DNA of 64,000 nt from Nitrosopumilus sp. (GTDB lineage Archaea > Thermoproteota > Nitrososphaeria > Nitrososphaerales > Nitrosopumilaceae). The stretch's first letter is position 1. Each line of letters begins with the position of its first letter. The stretch is from contig OZ244732.1 of the NCBI GenBank assembly GCA_965219345.1, positions 224,001-288,000 on the forward strand, in the 5' to 3' direction. The position numbers and the translations under genes were made by a program. The notes under the pieces were generated by a model. That model saw nothing but the letters and a program-made list of their open reading frames with translations. It was not told the origin of the DNA and did no database searches. Positions 40,322 through 50,023 of the stretch are shown piece after piece.

Positions 40322-41271
40322 GGTGTTATGAATTGACAATACGTTCACATTTTGTTCCACAGTTTTACCTGAAAAATTTTGGTGATAAAATCTACTTCTA
40401 TGACAAAACAACAGGGGACATAAAAGAAAGTAATGCATCAAACATTGCACTAAAGAAAGACTTCTATGGTCCTACTGATGAAAATAAATCCAATCCTGTT
40501 GAAACATCCATGAGTCAACTTGAAGGAAATGCAAATGCTGTAATCAGCAAAATTATTGATACTCTTGACTATGTCAAACTTTCTAAGAAAGAAAAGATTG
40601 ATTTTTGTTCTTTTGTTGCATTACAGTATCTTAGAACACAAGAAACAAGAATGCGCATTATACAGTCTGCTAACAAACTTTTTGATGAGATTGCAAAACG
40701 TAAAGAAGTAACTGACGCTGAAATAAGACATACAAAAGAAGGTGAGACAGGAGCACATCGTAACATAATGAAAGAATTCGACCCAATTTCAGCAGCACTT
40801 GGCCAGATGGGAGTTCTGGTTTGTTCAAACAGTACAAAAATTCCACTATGGACTTCGGACAATCCAGTCAATCTACATAATGAGTTTGATCAATTCCCCT
40901 TTGGGAATCTGGGCATTGTGTCAAAGGGAATAGAAATACACATTCCACTTTCTCCTACAGTAAAAATTGCATTCTTTGATCCAATTACATTCAAGAAAGA
41001 AATGCTGCCTGAATTATTTACAATGGAAGAAGCACAAGTTATTCATTCTAATCATCTTCAGACTTCGTGGTCTACTAGATTCATGTTTTCAAATACTGAC
41101 AAATTTTTTATGGCTGATAAGTATCTAAAAGCAAACCCTGAATCAAAGAATGTGGACCGAGAAAGACTAAGAACAGGAATTCGTGAATTAAAACCTGCAG
41201 ATTTTGAAGGTAAAGAATTCCACAAAAGACCGGAGTTTTGGATGGATCCTGAAATATTTGACAAGTTATGA
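40318..41271 (+). CDS. DUF4238-domain protein
   Basis: HFVPQFYLKNF N-terminal motif, E..MSQLE, F.ALQYLRT, WTSDNPV, PLSP; abuts pAgo stop (likely start TTG 40333 after GAGGTG). Confidence 0.85.
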   Translation: MRCYELTIRSHFVPQFYLKNFGDKIYFYDKTTGDIKESNASNIALKKDFYGPTDENKSNPVETSMSQLEGNANAVISKIIDTLDYVKLSKKEKIDFCSFVALQYLRTQETRMRIIQSANKLFDEIAKRKEVTDAEIRHTKEGETGAHRNIMKEFDPISAALGQMGVLVCSNSTKIPLWTSDNPVNLHNEFDQFPFGNLGIVSKGIEIHIPLSPTVKIAFFDPITFKKEMLPELFTMEEAQVIHSNHLQTSWSTRFMFSNTDKFFMADKYLKANPESKNVDRERLRTGIRELKPADFEGKEFHKRPEFWMDPEIFDKL

Positions 41272-41304
41272 GACAAAGAAGATTAGAATTTTTACATATT
41301 ATAG

Positions 41305-42042
41305 TCACATAAGACTCATAAAATCTTCCAAGTTTTCTTTTTCATAATCCATATCCCCTTCAAGTTCAGTTAGATCATTCATTACAAATTCCACCATCTC
41401 TTTGAATGTGGATAAAGAATTGAAATATTTCAAAAAATCATTTTTGTCTTGGAGCGATGGTGTATCTTTTGTAGTGTAGGGGTATCTGAATCCGTCTGAA
41501 TTTTTATCTAGGTTTTGGAATTCTTCAATTATTAAACAAGTTTCATCGCTCAATCTTTCTGACTCAACTAGATTCTTCAAATTGCTTAACAGTTTGTCGA
41601 TGTCATGAGTTAATCCAAAATGACCTCCCTTGTGTAAAATAAGCCCTTTCAATTTTATTTCAATGTAATGTCTAAACAAAAATGATAATGGCGCAATTCC
41701 ATAATCATGTTCAGAAAGTAAAAGAACATCAGGACATACATCACGGATTATTTCTTTTTGTATTTCTTCATCAGTTTTTTCAAAATTTATCATGAGAGAT
41801 TTTAATGCTGATTTGTATACTTCCCCATAAGCAAGATAGTTTAGAGCTTTGTCAGGACTCAAATAAATGCCTGTAGCAAAATGACGTTCTTGCATAGTAG
41901 TACATATTGTCATCATCCTAAAAAGGTTAAAAATTATCTGAGATTGTATATTTTTTGTTCTATATTTACCGTACAAAGTAATCGTATCCTTCCTTGAGAT
42001 GTATTTGATTGGTTTTTTGACTTGCTTTATTTGATAATCCAA
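41305..42042 (-). CDS. HEPN-like helical protein
   Basis: PLSFLFRHYIEIKLK...THDIDKL...DKNSDGFRYP pattern; start uncertain. Confidence 0.6.
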   Translation of the reverse strand: MDYQIKQVKKPIKYISRKDTITLYGKYRTKNIQSQIIFNLFRMMTICTTMQERHFATGIYLSPDKALNYLAYGEVYKSALKSLMINFEKTDEEIQKEIIRDVCPDVLLLSEHDYGIAPLSFLFRHYIEIKLKGLILHKGGHFGLTHDIDKLLSNLKNLVESERLSDETCLIIEEFQNLDKNSDGFRYPYTTKDTPSLQDKNDFLKYFNSLSTFKEMVEFVMNDLTELEGDMDYEKENLEDFMSLM

Positions 42043-42169
42043 TTAAAAATTTAATGAATTTTAGTGGTTTAACTGTGTAAAAAACATTATCTCTTCCTTC
42101 ACGTGTGTTAAAAATATTTTTTAATTCAACTTTTGCCTCATTATTGAATGTGAAATCAATTATTGATGG

Positions 42170-43020
42170 TACTTTGACTTTACCACCTTGTGTCTTTTCT
42201 GACCTGGCTTTAGTGAGGGCCTAAGACCGCAAGATTTGCCAAGTTTTCTCATTCCTGCATATACTCCACCTTTACCCATCCTTACAGGTTTTATTGTTCT
42301 AACAGATACAATCAGAGGATCCGTACCTTTTGGTTATGACATGAATCTGTCTTTCCATTCTTCTTTGTACAATAACAGGTAAGAGCCAGCTTCTGATGTA
42401 AAATTGGTCCAGTATTCTTCATCATCTCCTCTGTATATACAAGGTGCGCCCCCTTGAGTACCATCTTTATTGTAGAAAAATACCACGTCACCCCGGATAA
42501 AACAATCCCAAGCCTCCACTCTAAAACCTACAGAAGAGCACAAGGTTATGATTATTTTATCAGCTGTATCTGTTGCCTTTTTCATGATAGCTGCAGCCGT
42601 GGTCCGGTGCAGGCCCTGTCTTGTGATTTGCCGTCCTTTGGAATGGAGCGATCTAGCTTCTTCCGGGAAAAGTCAATATCATTTGCAGCAAACAATGCCT
42701 TGATTGGCTTTATGAGATTTCTTACCCTTGCAGGTGAAATTATCTTGTTTTCAATTTTCTTTTTTAGCTCCCTGACATATGCATTGATAATTGCCTTTCC
42801 GACAGATACATTTTGGCCTGCTAACTTGCAAGATCATCTGGCCTGATTTTGGGGGGTCTTTGCCAGTTACTAGGATCTGATTATCCACGCATATCTGCCA
42901 AGGTATCAGTTCTAGAAACTTTACAGGATCTCCTTGGTAGTTTCTTGGGGTTTTTTCATTTCCGATATGGTCAATAAAATTTTGATATGCTGGTGCTCTG
43001 TCTCTCTTCTAGCTGCAATC
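42170..43020 (-). pseudogene. Tyrosine integrase pseudogene at island 2 right junction
   Basis: Pieces across frames: AYVRELKKKI...SPARVRNLIKPIKALFAANDIDFS...SQDRACT, then DKIIITLCSSVGFRVEAWD...YRGDDEEYW.NFTSEA; truncated before HxxR; ends approximate. Confidence 0.75.
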
Positions 43021-43060
43021 CATACTGTACGTTAGAAAAAACATCTATTTTGGCGATTGA

Positions 43061-43588
43061 CTAGTATGAAAGCTTCCTAGCCTTCATTCTCTTAATTTTC
43101 TCTTGCAGCAAGATACATCCTTGTATGAGAGTTTCGGGTCTGGGTGGGCATCCTGGAACATAGACATCAACTGGAATTACTCCGTCAATTCCTGGAAGTA
43201 CATTGTATGAGTCAAAATACAGTCCTCCAGTAATTGCACAAGCTCCCATAGCAATTACATACTTTGGTTCTGGCATTTGATCATAAACTAATCTGAGACG
43301 TGGTGCCATTTTTCTTGTAATAGTTCCTTGAACAACAACTAGATCACATTGTCTAAGTGATCCAAATGCTTCAATGATGCCAAATCTTTCAACATCATAT
43401 CTGGGACTTGATGCTGCACCAAATTCTACACTGCAGCAAGCTGTTTCAATGTGGACAGGCCAGAGTGACCAAATTCTACCCCAGTTGATGGCGTAGCCCA
43501 ACGGTTTACCGATTGCTCTTTCTAAGATGTCTCCTAACTTTCCTACAAAGACATTTGCGTTTTCTGGCGTTACCAAGTCTTTAAGCAA
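43061..43588 (-). CDS. nuoB: Complex I subunit B
   Basis: TACCSVE, RQCD, MGACA..GG, DVYVPGCPPRPE. Confidence 0.96.
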   Translation of the reverse strand: MLKDLVTPENANVFVGKLGDILERAIGKPLGYAINWGRIWSLWPVHIETACCSVEFGAASSPRYDVERFGIIEAFGSLRQCDLVVVQGTITRKMAPRLRLVYDQMPEPKYVIAMGACAITGGLYFDSYNVLPGIDGVIPVDVYVPGCPPRPETLIQGCILLQEKIKRMKARKLSY

Positions 43589-43628
43589 TCTTATCCCTTA
43601 TCCTAGTAATTATAATTGATATAAAAAA

Positions 43629-44003
43629 CTACCATATTCTTCGTCTCCCTGACTGATACAATGCGAATGCCATTGCTCCAAACATTATAGCTAAGAATCC
43701 CATCATAGGCAAAGTAGCACTCTTTGGAAGTTCCAAAAGAGAACTTCCCCATGCATACAAGAAAATTGCCATGACATCAAAGACTACAAACATCAGAATG
43801 TAGGGATAATACTGCATCATAAAGTGAGTTCGTCCTTCTCCTGATGGAACCTGGCCACATTCCATTGGCAAAAACTTGACAGGATTACTTCTTTTTCTTG
43901 GTGAAATCATTCTTGAAATTACTAATGCAGGTGCCATCGCTGCTATGCCAAAGGCAAACATCAGTACTACGGTACTATAATTGCCCGCTAATTCCCCGAC
44001 CAA
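43629..44003 (-). CDS. nuoA: Complex I subunit A
   Basis: PMECG, QYYPYILMFVVFDV; start placed at TTG 44003, 25 nt downstream of a TATA box. Confidence 0.92.
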   Translation of the reverse strand: MVGELAGNYSTVVLMFAFGIAAMAPALVISRMISPRKRSNPVKFLPMECGQVPSGEGRTHFMMQYYPYILMFVVFDVMAIFLYAWGSSLLELPKSATLPMMGFLAIMFGAMAFALYQSGRRRIW

Positions 44004-44027
44004 TTTAGCTATTGACCCTAATTTTTG

Positions 44028-44035
44028 TATATAAT
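44028..44035 (-). promoter_or_regulatory. Putative TATA box of the nuoAB promoter
   Basis: ATTATATA on the minus strand about 25 nt upstream of the TTG start, consistent with a leaderless archaeal promoter. Confidence 0.55.
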
Positions 44036-44084
44036 TCAATCGTTTCAGGCACATTTATAGCACATTATAGTAGATATTAGAGAA

Positions 44085-45016
44085 ATGTCTACCTTTCTAC
44101 GAAAAACCAGAGATCGCAGGAGTTTTGAGGAGACAATACAGACAAAGGCAGTAAATACACAAAATTCCTCAAAGTCAGCAATAAGGAATTTTGAGATGTT
44201 TTGTAAGGAGAAGTATGGTAAGACAGGTAATGAGATCATTGCAGAATATCAAGAAGTGGATATTGAGACAGTCTATGAATCTCTGCAAGAATAGATCAAC
44301 TGGAATAGTAAAAGAATTTATCCAAATAGCATCCCTACAGTATTTTCATATCTGAAAAAATACCTAAGATATCACAAGATAAAGATCACAAAGGAAGATG
44401 TGGCAGACCAGCTGAATTTCCCACACAAGATCAAGGAGGAAAAATATCCTTTGGTAAAAGATGAGATTAGGAAAATATTGGAGGTAAGCAATAATAGAAA
44501 CAAGCTCAAAATTCTGGCACAGTCATCAAGTGGATTGAGAAGGGGGAATTATTACAATTATGAAAAATAGATCTAGATACTACACAAAAGAGGATCATAG
44601 TCAATGTTCCTGCCAGCATTACCAAGACAAAGAAATCAAGGGTGGCTTTTTTTAGCAAAGAGGTTACGCCTTTATTGAAACCAATTCTAAAGAGACTAGA
44701 TGGTGAGGACAGAATATTTTTCCGTGGCAAGGCAAATCCTGCAAACATTAGCAGTCACTATCAGTTGGTTCTGATCAAATATCTAGAACGCATAGGTTTG
44801 GCTCAAAAGTATGAATCAGGTCATCACAAGATAACAACGCATAGTTTCAGGGCATTCTTTATAACCAAAGTATCTAGACATGATCCAAACTTGGCAAAGT
44901 ATTTTGCAGGACAAGAATAGTCAAGGGATTTGCTGACGTATGATAGACTTACATTAGATGAGAAGTTACAAAAATATATCGAATTTGATCCGGATTTATT
45001 GATTGGCATTCTATAA
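44085..45016 (+). pseudogene. Tyrosine integrase pseudogene
   Basis: SSGLRRG, HSFRAFF, FAGQE*...TYDRL pieces split by stops (44292, 44918) and frameshifts. Confidence 0.8.
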
Positions 45017-45141
45017 TAAACAAATAATTGAATATTTAAAAAAATATAAGATATACTTTTATCAAAACTAATGTCAGGGCAGATTATAGTTCCAGTAAAT
45101 AATAAAAAAGATAATTAAGAAAGAATGTACAATTATCACAC

Positions 45142-45816
45142 ATGACTAAAAAACGATATCCCATACTGTTTAACATTCCTTTACGAACCAAGAAAATTTT
45201 AGAAGAAGCAGAAGAATTAGAAAAAAATAAATTTTTTTCTTCTGCAATTCTAAGATATACTAATTATTTAGAACAATTTCTTGTTATTGCTAGCCTAAGT
45301 TATTGTGAAAAACATGATCATGGACCAGTATCGGAGGTACGAAAATGTGTCATGAATACAAAAATTAACAAGAAGTTCACTTTTCATAATATCATTGGTT
45401 TAATGCCTGATAAAATTAAGACTGATGGGATTAAACAATTGTGCAAAGAAATTAAAAATATTAGAAACCAAATTGGTGCTCATGATTATTTTGTAATTGC
45501 GTTAGATAAAACACGTTATAAACAAAGAAGATTTGATGACGTGAATAGTTATAGAAAATTTATTCGTAATTTGTACAAATTAATTAAAAAGACAAAAACA
45601 ATCAATCAAGCAGAAAATTTTTTATTGTTAGGACATCCATTGACTATTTATTCCACACTTGAAGAAAAAGCATATGACGTTGAAATGATAATAATGGAGT
45701 CTATATGCATGCATACAAGAAAAACAGTACAAAATGTCTGTCAAAAAATTGAACACGAGTTATACAGGACCAGTCCCGATCCAAATTTAAACAAATATTT
45801 TTCACGAGATTGTTAA
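45142..45816 (+). CDS. Hypothetical protein with HEPN-like motif
   Basis: SAILRYTNYLE...IRNQIGAH resembles the HEPN E...RxxxxxH signature. Confidence 0.55.
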   Translation: MTKKRYPILFNIPLRTKKILEEAEELEKNKFFSSAILRYTNYLEQFLVIASLSYCEKHDHGPVSEVRKCVMNTKINKKFTFHNIIGLMPDKIKTDGIKQLCKEIKNIRNQIGAHDYFVIALDKTRYKQRRFDDVNSYRKFIRNLYKLIKKTKTINQAENFLLLGHPLTIYSTLEEKAYDVEMIIMESICMHTRKTVQNVCQKIEHELYRTSPDPNLNKYFSRDC

Positions 45817-45921
45817 TAGGCGATTCATTGGTTGTGATAGGTGAAAACTCATCTAATTTCCTTGGAATTCCAAGATTATGTAGATTCAGATTAAATATAT
45901 GATTCACTTACGAATTAATTT

Positions 45922-48666
45922 ATGAGACCTGAAGACAGTGCACGCCAAGAAATTGACAAAATGTTGATTGATTCAGGCTGGATTATCCAAGATTATGAGG
46001 ATAGAAATCTTAGTGCTGGATTGGGCATAGCAGTAAGAGAATACCCTCTAAATAAGGACAATGCAGATTATGCACTATTCATTGATTCGCAACCTGTAGG
46101 AGTAATTGAGGCAAAAAAGTATGGCCATACACTTAGTGGAGTAGTTGAACAATCTGAAAAATATCTTGATGGACTATATGAAAAATTTACAAATGCCCCC
46201 ATAAGACCTCCATTCTCATATGAGACAACAGGAATTGAAACTAAATTTGCAGACAGACGTGATCCAAATCATCGCTCACGCTATGTGTTCTCATTTCATC
46301 GTCCAGAATTATTACAGGCATGGCTTAAAGAAGAAGAAACATTACGTGCGAGATTAAAGGATATTCCAAAACTAGACTATGAAAAACTTTGGAATTGTCA
46401 AACAGAGGCAATCACAAATCTAGAAGATTCTTTTGCGCAGAATAATCCACGTGCGTTAATCCAGATGGCAACGGGTTCAGGTAAAACATTTACCGCAGTA
46501 ACTTCAATTTATAGACTGATAAAATTTGCAAAAGCAAAAAAAGTTTTGTTTCTAGTTGACAGATCTAATTTGGGCAGACAGGCATTACGTGAATTTCAAC
46601 AGTATCAAACCCCTGATGATGGACGGAAATTTACTGATTTGTATAATGTACAACTGTTACAATCACATACAATTGATCCCATATCTAAAGTTGTAATATC
46701 TACAATTCAAAGAATGTTTTCAGTTCTAAAAGATGACAAAGACTATGTGGAAGAAAATGACGAGTTTTCTGTATATGAGGAAAATTCTGATGAAACTCCT
46801 GTAGATGTAAAATATAATGAAAATATTCCAATTGGTGAATTTGATTTTATTGTAATTGACGAGTGCCATCGTTCCATCTACAACAAATGGAAACAGGTAT
46901 TGGATTACTTTGATTCATTTCTAATTGGATTAACTGCAACTCCTTCAAATGATACCATAGGATTTTTCAAGAATAATCAAGTGATGAGATATACTCATGA
47001 GCGAGCGATAGTTGATGAGGTAAACGTGGGATATCATGTATACAGGATTAAAACCAAAATTAGTGAGCAGGGTGGCGGTGTCGATGCAGGTCAATTTGTT
47101 GAAAAGCGTGATAGACTTACACGTGAACAAACAGCAGAAAAATTAAATGAAGACCTAATTTTTACCAGAGAAGAATTAGATAGATCTATAGTAACAAGGG
47201 ATCAGATCAGACTAGTTGTTAGAACATTTAAAGAGAAATTACCTGAGATCTTTCCAAACAGAACAGAGGTTCCTAAGACCCTGATTTTTACAAAAAATGA
47301 TTCTCATGCCGAAGATGTTACAGAAATTGTTCGAGAAGAGTTTGGATTGGGAAACAATTTTTGCAAAAAAATCACATATCGTAGTACAGAAAAACCCGAA
47401 GAATTGATCTCTAGTTTTAGAAATTCCCCAATGCCACGAGTTGCAGTGACAGTAGATATGATTGCAACTGGAACTGACATCAAACCGCTAGAATGCATTA
47501 TATTTATGCGAGATGTAAAGTCTAAAAACTACTTTGATCAGATGAAAGGCCGTGGCACTAGAACCATTAAACCTGATGATCTAATTGCAGTTACACCTGA
47601 TGCAAAAGCTAAAACTCATTTTGTAATAGTTGATGCAGTAGGTGTATGCGAACATTCCATGAGTGATACTCATTCATTATTTAGAAAACTAAATGGGTCA
47701 TTTAAGATACTTTTAGACAAGGCAGTTGACAAAAATGCAGATACTGAAGACATTGAAAGCTTGGTGTATCGCTTATCTAGATTAAATAGAAAATTAAGCC
47801 AAGAAGATAAAGATGAAATTACTAATGCAAATAATGGGAAATCACTTACAAATATAGAAAAAACATTACTTGATGGAATTGATTCTGATAAAATACTAGA
47901 AAAGGCAAAAGGACAATTTCATACTTTAGAGCCAACTACTGAGCAAATTAAAAAAATATCAAAACAGATGATTGATGAGGCATGCAAAGTATTCGATTCT
48001 GCAAAACTGCGTAAAACAATTCTTGATATCAAAAGCAAAAATGAGCAAATCATCGATGATGTATCAATTGATGAATTACTCGAAGCAGGATTTTTAGATA
48101 AAGTACAAAATATTGACAAAAAGACTATTGAAAACTGGACTCTATTCATTGAGAAGAACAGAGATCAGATTACAGCACTTGATATTATTTACTCAAAACC
48201 ATACAGGATGAGGGAGATTACATTTTCAGATATCAAGAATTTGGCACATGCCATTGAAAAACCTCCATACAATCTAACTTCTAGGATTCTTTGGAATGCT
48301 TACCAAAGACTAGATAAATCCAGAGTAAAGAGCAATCCAGTTAAGATGCTGACTGATTTGATTTCACTTGTACGTTATTCATCTGGAAAAGAGGAGTCAT
48401 TGTTGCCATTTTCAGAAATTATACATGAAAAATTTGAGAAATGGCTTACTCAACAAGAGTCTTCTGGACGCCAGTTCACATCAGAACAAAAGGAGTGGCT
48501 TGTAATGATCAAAAATGCCGTTGCAAGTTCTGTTTCAATTGAGATAGATGCACTCGATGATGTTCCATTTAATCAAAAAGGTGGCAGAGTAAAGTTTTAT
48601 GAGATATTTGGAGATGAATATGAGAAGATTTTAGATGAATTACATGAGGTGTTGATTAATCAATGA
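45922..48666 (+). CDS. hsdR: Type I restriction enzyme R subunit
   Basis: ADYALF...IEAKK nuclease motif, MATGSGKT, DECHRS, GLTATP, TGTD, QMKGRGTR. Confidence 0.95.
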   Translation: MRPEDSARQEIDKMLIDSGWIIQDYEDRNLSAGLGIAVREYPLNKDNADYALFIDSQPVGVIEAKKYGHTLSGVVEQSEKYLDGLYEKFTNAPIRPPFSYETTGIETKFADRRDPNHRSRYVFSFHRPELLQAWLKEEETLRARLKDIPKLDYEKLWNCQTEAITNLEDSFAQNNPRALIQMATGSGKTFTAVTSIYRLIKFAKAKKVLFLVDRSNLGRQALREFQQYQTPDDGRKFTDLYNVQLLQSHTIDPISKVVISTIQRMFSVLKDDKDYVEENDEFSVYEENSDETPVDVKYNENIPIGEFDFIVIDECHRSIYNKWKQVLDYFDSFLIGLTATPSNDTIGFFKNNQVMRYTHERAIVDEVNVGYHVYRIKTKISEQGGGVDAGQFVEKRDRLTREQTAEKLNEDLIFTREELDRSIVTRDQIRLVVRTFKEKLPEIFPNRTEVPKTLIFTKNDSHAEDVTEIVREEFGLGNNFCKKITYRSTEKPEELISSFRNSPMPRVAVTVDMIATGTDIKPLECIIFMRDVKSKNYFDQMKGRGTRTIKPDDLIAVTPDAKAKTHFVIVDAVGVCEHSMSDTHSLFRKLNGSFKILLDKAVDKNADTEDIESLVYRLSRLNRKLSQEDKDEITNANNGKSLTNIEKTLLDGIDSDKILEKAKGQFHTLEPTTEQIKKISKQMIDEACKVFDSAKLRKTILDIKSKNEQIIDDVSIDELLEAGFLDKVQNIDKKTIENWTLFIEKNRDQITALDIIYSKPYRMREITFSDIKNLAHAIEKPPYNLTSRILWNAYQRLDKSRVKSNPVKMLTDLISLVRYSSGKEESLLPFSEIIHEKFEKWLTQQESSGRQFTSEQKEWLVMIKNAVASSVSIEIDALDDVPFNQKGGRVKFYEIFGDEYEKILDELHEVLINQ

Positions 48667-49889
48667 GTGAGTTAGTTTTTGAAAAAAATATTCAATTATC
48701 AAAAGGATGGACTGTTTGTAAATTAGAAGATATTGCAATGGAAATTAACTCTGGTTTTGCTTCTGGCAAACACAATAAATCTGGAAATGGGATTGCACAC
48801 ATACGACCCATGAATATTGACAGTTCTGGTAAAATTAATTTAACTGTTGTAAAGTATATTGAAGATAATTTTAAAGATAAATTGAAAAAAGATGATGTGT
48901 TATTCAATAATACCAATAGTCCAAAACTACTTGGAAAAACTGCATTGATAAAAGAGAATACTAATTGGGGTTATTCTAATCACATGACTAGAATACGATT
49001 TAATTCTTCAAAAGTTGAATCTTCTTGGTTTGCACTTTTTTTACACAAATTATTTTTAGATGGATATTATAAACAAATTGCAAAGAATCATGTAAATCAA
49101 TCTAGTATAAATTCTAGTGATCTAGCAACAAAAATTCCAATAATCATTGCTCCTAAGAATGAACAAAAACGCATCGTATCCAAAATTGAATCAATCTTCG
49201 CACAGATTGACGCAGGAAAAGAAAAACTGGTGGATGTAAGAAAATTGTTGAAGCAGACTAGACAGTCTATATTAAAGAAAAATTTTGATGCATCAAGTAA
49301 ACAATATGAGTCCCAAAAATTAGATAATTTATCTATTAAAATCACTGATGGTACACATTTTACACCAAAATACGAAGAAAGTGGAATTCCATTCATATCT
49401 GTAAAAAACATACAAAATGAAAGAATCTATTTTGATAATTGTAAATATGTGTCACAAGAAACTCATGAAAAATTAATCAAACGATGTCATCCTGAATTTG
49501 GAGATCTGCTTATTACTAAAAGTGGTACAATTGGACGAATTGCAATTGTTGACACAAAAGTTCCTTTTAGTTTGTTTGTGAGTGTTGCACTAATAAAATT
49601 GAGGAATAATATTAATAAAAACTATCTAAAGCTTTTCTTCCAAGATTTCTTTAATCATATAGACATCTCTCAACAAATCAAGGGTGTTGTAATCAAAAAT
49701 TTCCATCTTGAAGATATTCGACAAGTTCTAATCCCCCTTCCTCCACTAAATGAACAAAAACGCATCGTATCCAAAATTGAATCAATCCTTGGCAGGATTG
49801 ACGCAATTGAAAATCTCATAATTTTAACATTTTGTATGATTTTAATGATGAAAATTATGTTGCCATCAAGTATTATACTTGAAAATTAA
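48663..49889 (+). CDS. hsdS: Type I R-M specificity subunit (copy 1, lacking the normal C-terminal helix)
   Basis: Two TRDs each followed by P..EQKRIVSKIESI; homology ends abruptly after RIDAIE. Confidence 0.9.
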   Translation: MSELVFEKNIQLSKGWTVCKLEDIAMEINSGFASGKHNKSGNGIAHIRPMNIDSSGKINLTVVKYIEDNFKDKLKKDDVLFNNTNSPKLLGKTALIKENTNWGYSNHMTRIRFNSSKVESSWFALFLHKLFLDGYYKQIAKNHVNQSSINSSDLATKIPIIIAPKNEQKRIVSKIESIFAQIDAGKEKLVDVRKLLKQTRQSILKKNFDASSKQYESQKLDNLSIKITDGTHFTPKYEESGIPFISVKNIQNERIYFDNCKYVSQETHEKLIKRCHPEFGDLLITKSGTIGRIAIVDTKVPFSLFVSVALIKLRNNINKNYLKLFFQDFFNHIDISQQIKGVVIKNFHLEDIRQVLIPLPPLNEQKRIVSKIESILGRIDAIENLIILTFCMILMMKIMLPSSIILEN

Positions 49890-49918
49890 TAAAAAAAGGA
49901 AAACTGATTTTTGATCAA

Positions 49919-50023
49919 TTATCTATTACTACGGCCACCGCCAGAAGGCTTGCCAGTACCACTAGGCCATCCGCCGCCATTCCCTTGGCCTCGACCGGCT
50001 TGAACTTGTGTATGATTACTCAT
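49919..50023 (-). CDS. Gly-rich micro-peptide (34 aa)
   Basis: MSNHTQVQAGRGQGNGGGWPSGTGKPSGGGRSNR*; GC-rich patch in an AT-rich spacer with TATA-like sequence upstream. Confidence 0.55.
   Translation of the reverse strand: MSNHTQVQAGRGQGNGGGWPSGTGKPSGGGRSNR

Larger units (their letters stand above)
32914..43080. mobile_element. Genomic island 2 (defence island) inserted at the nuoB 3' end
   Basis: About 10 kb of foreign genes between nuoB and nuoC; imperfect direct repeat AAAG(CT)TCCTAG at 32917-32926 and 43069-43080; integrase pseudogene beside the right junction. Confidence 0.75.

Noticed and set aside
42454-42846. 130-aa plus-strand ORF
   Set aside because: It is the antisense shadow of the integrase pseudogene on the minus strand.
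23459-44003. Absence of nuoEFG and the nuoM-before-nuoL order as a novelty
   Set aside because: This is the established arrangement of the 11-subunit complex I in Thaumarchaeota.
44004-44054. Extended NuoA N-terminus from the ORF track
   Set aside because: It spans the TATA box; TTG 44003 fits both promoter spacing and the usual NuoA length.
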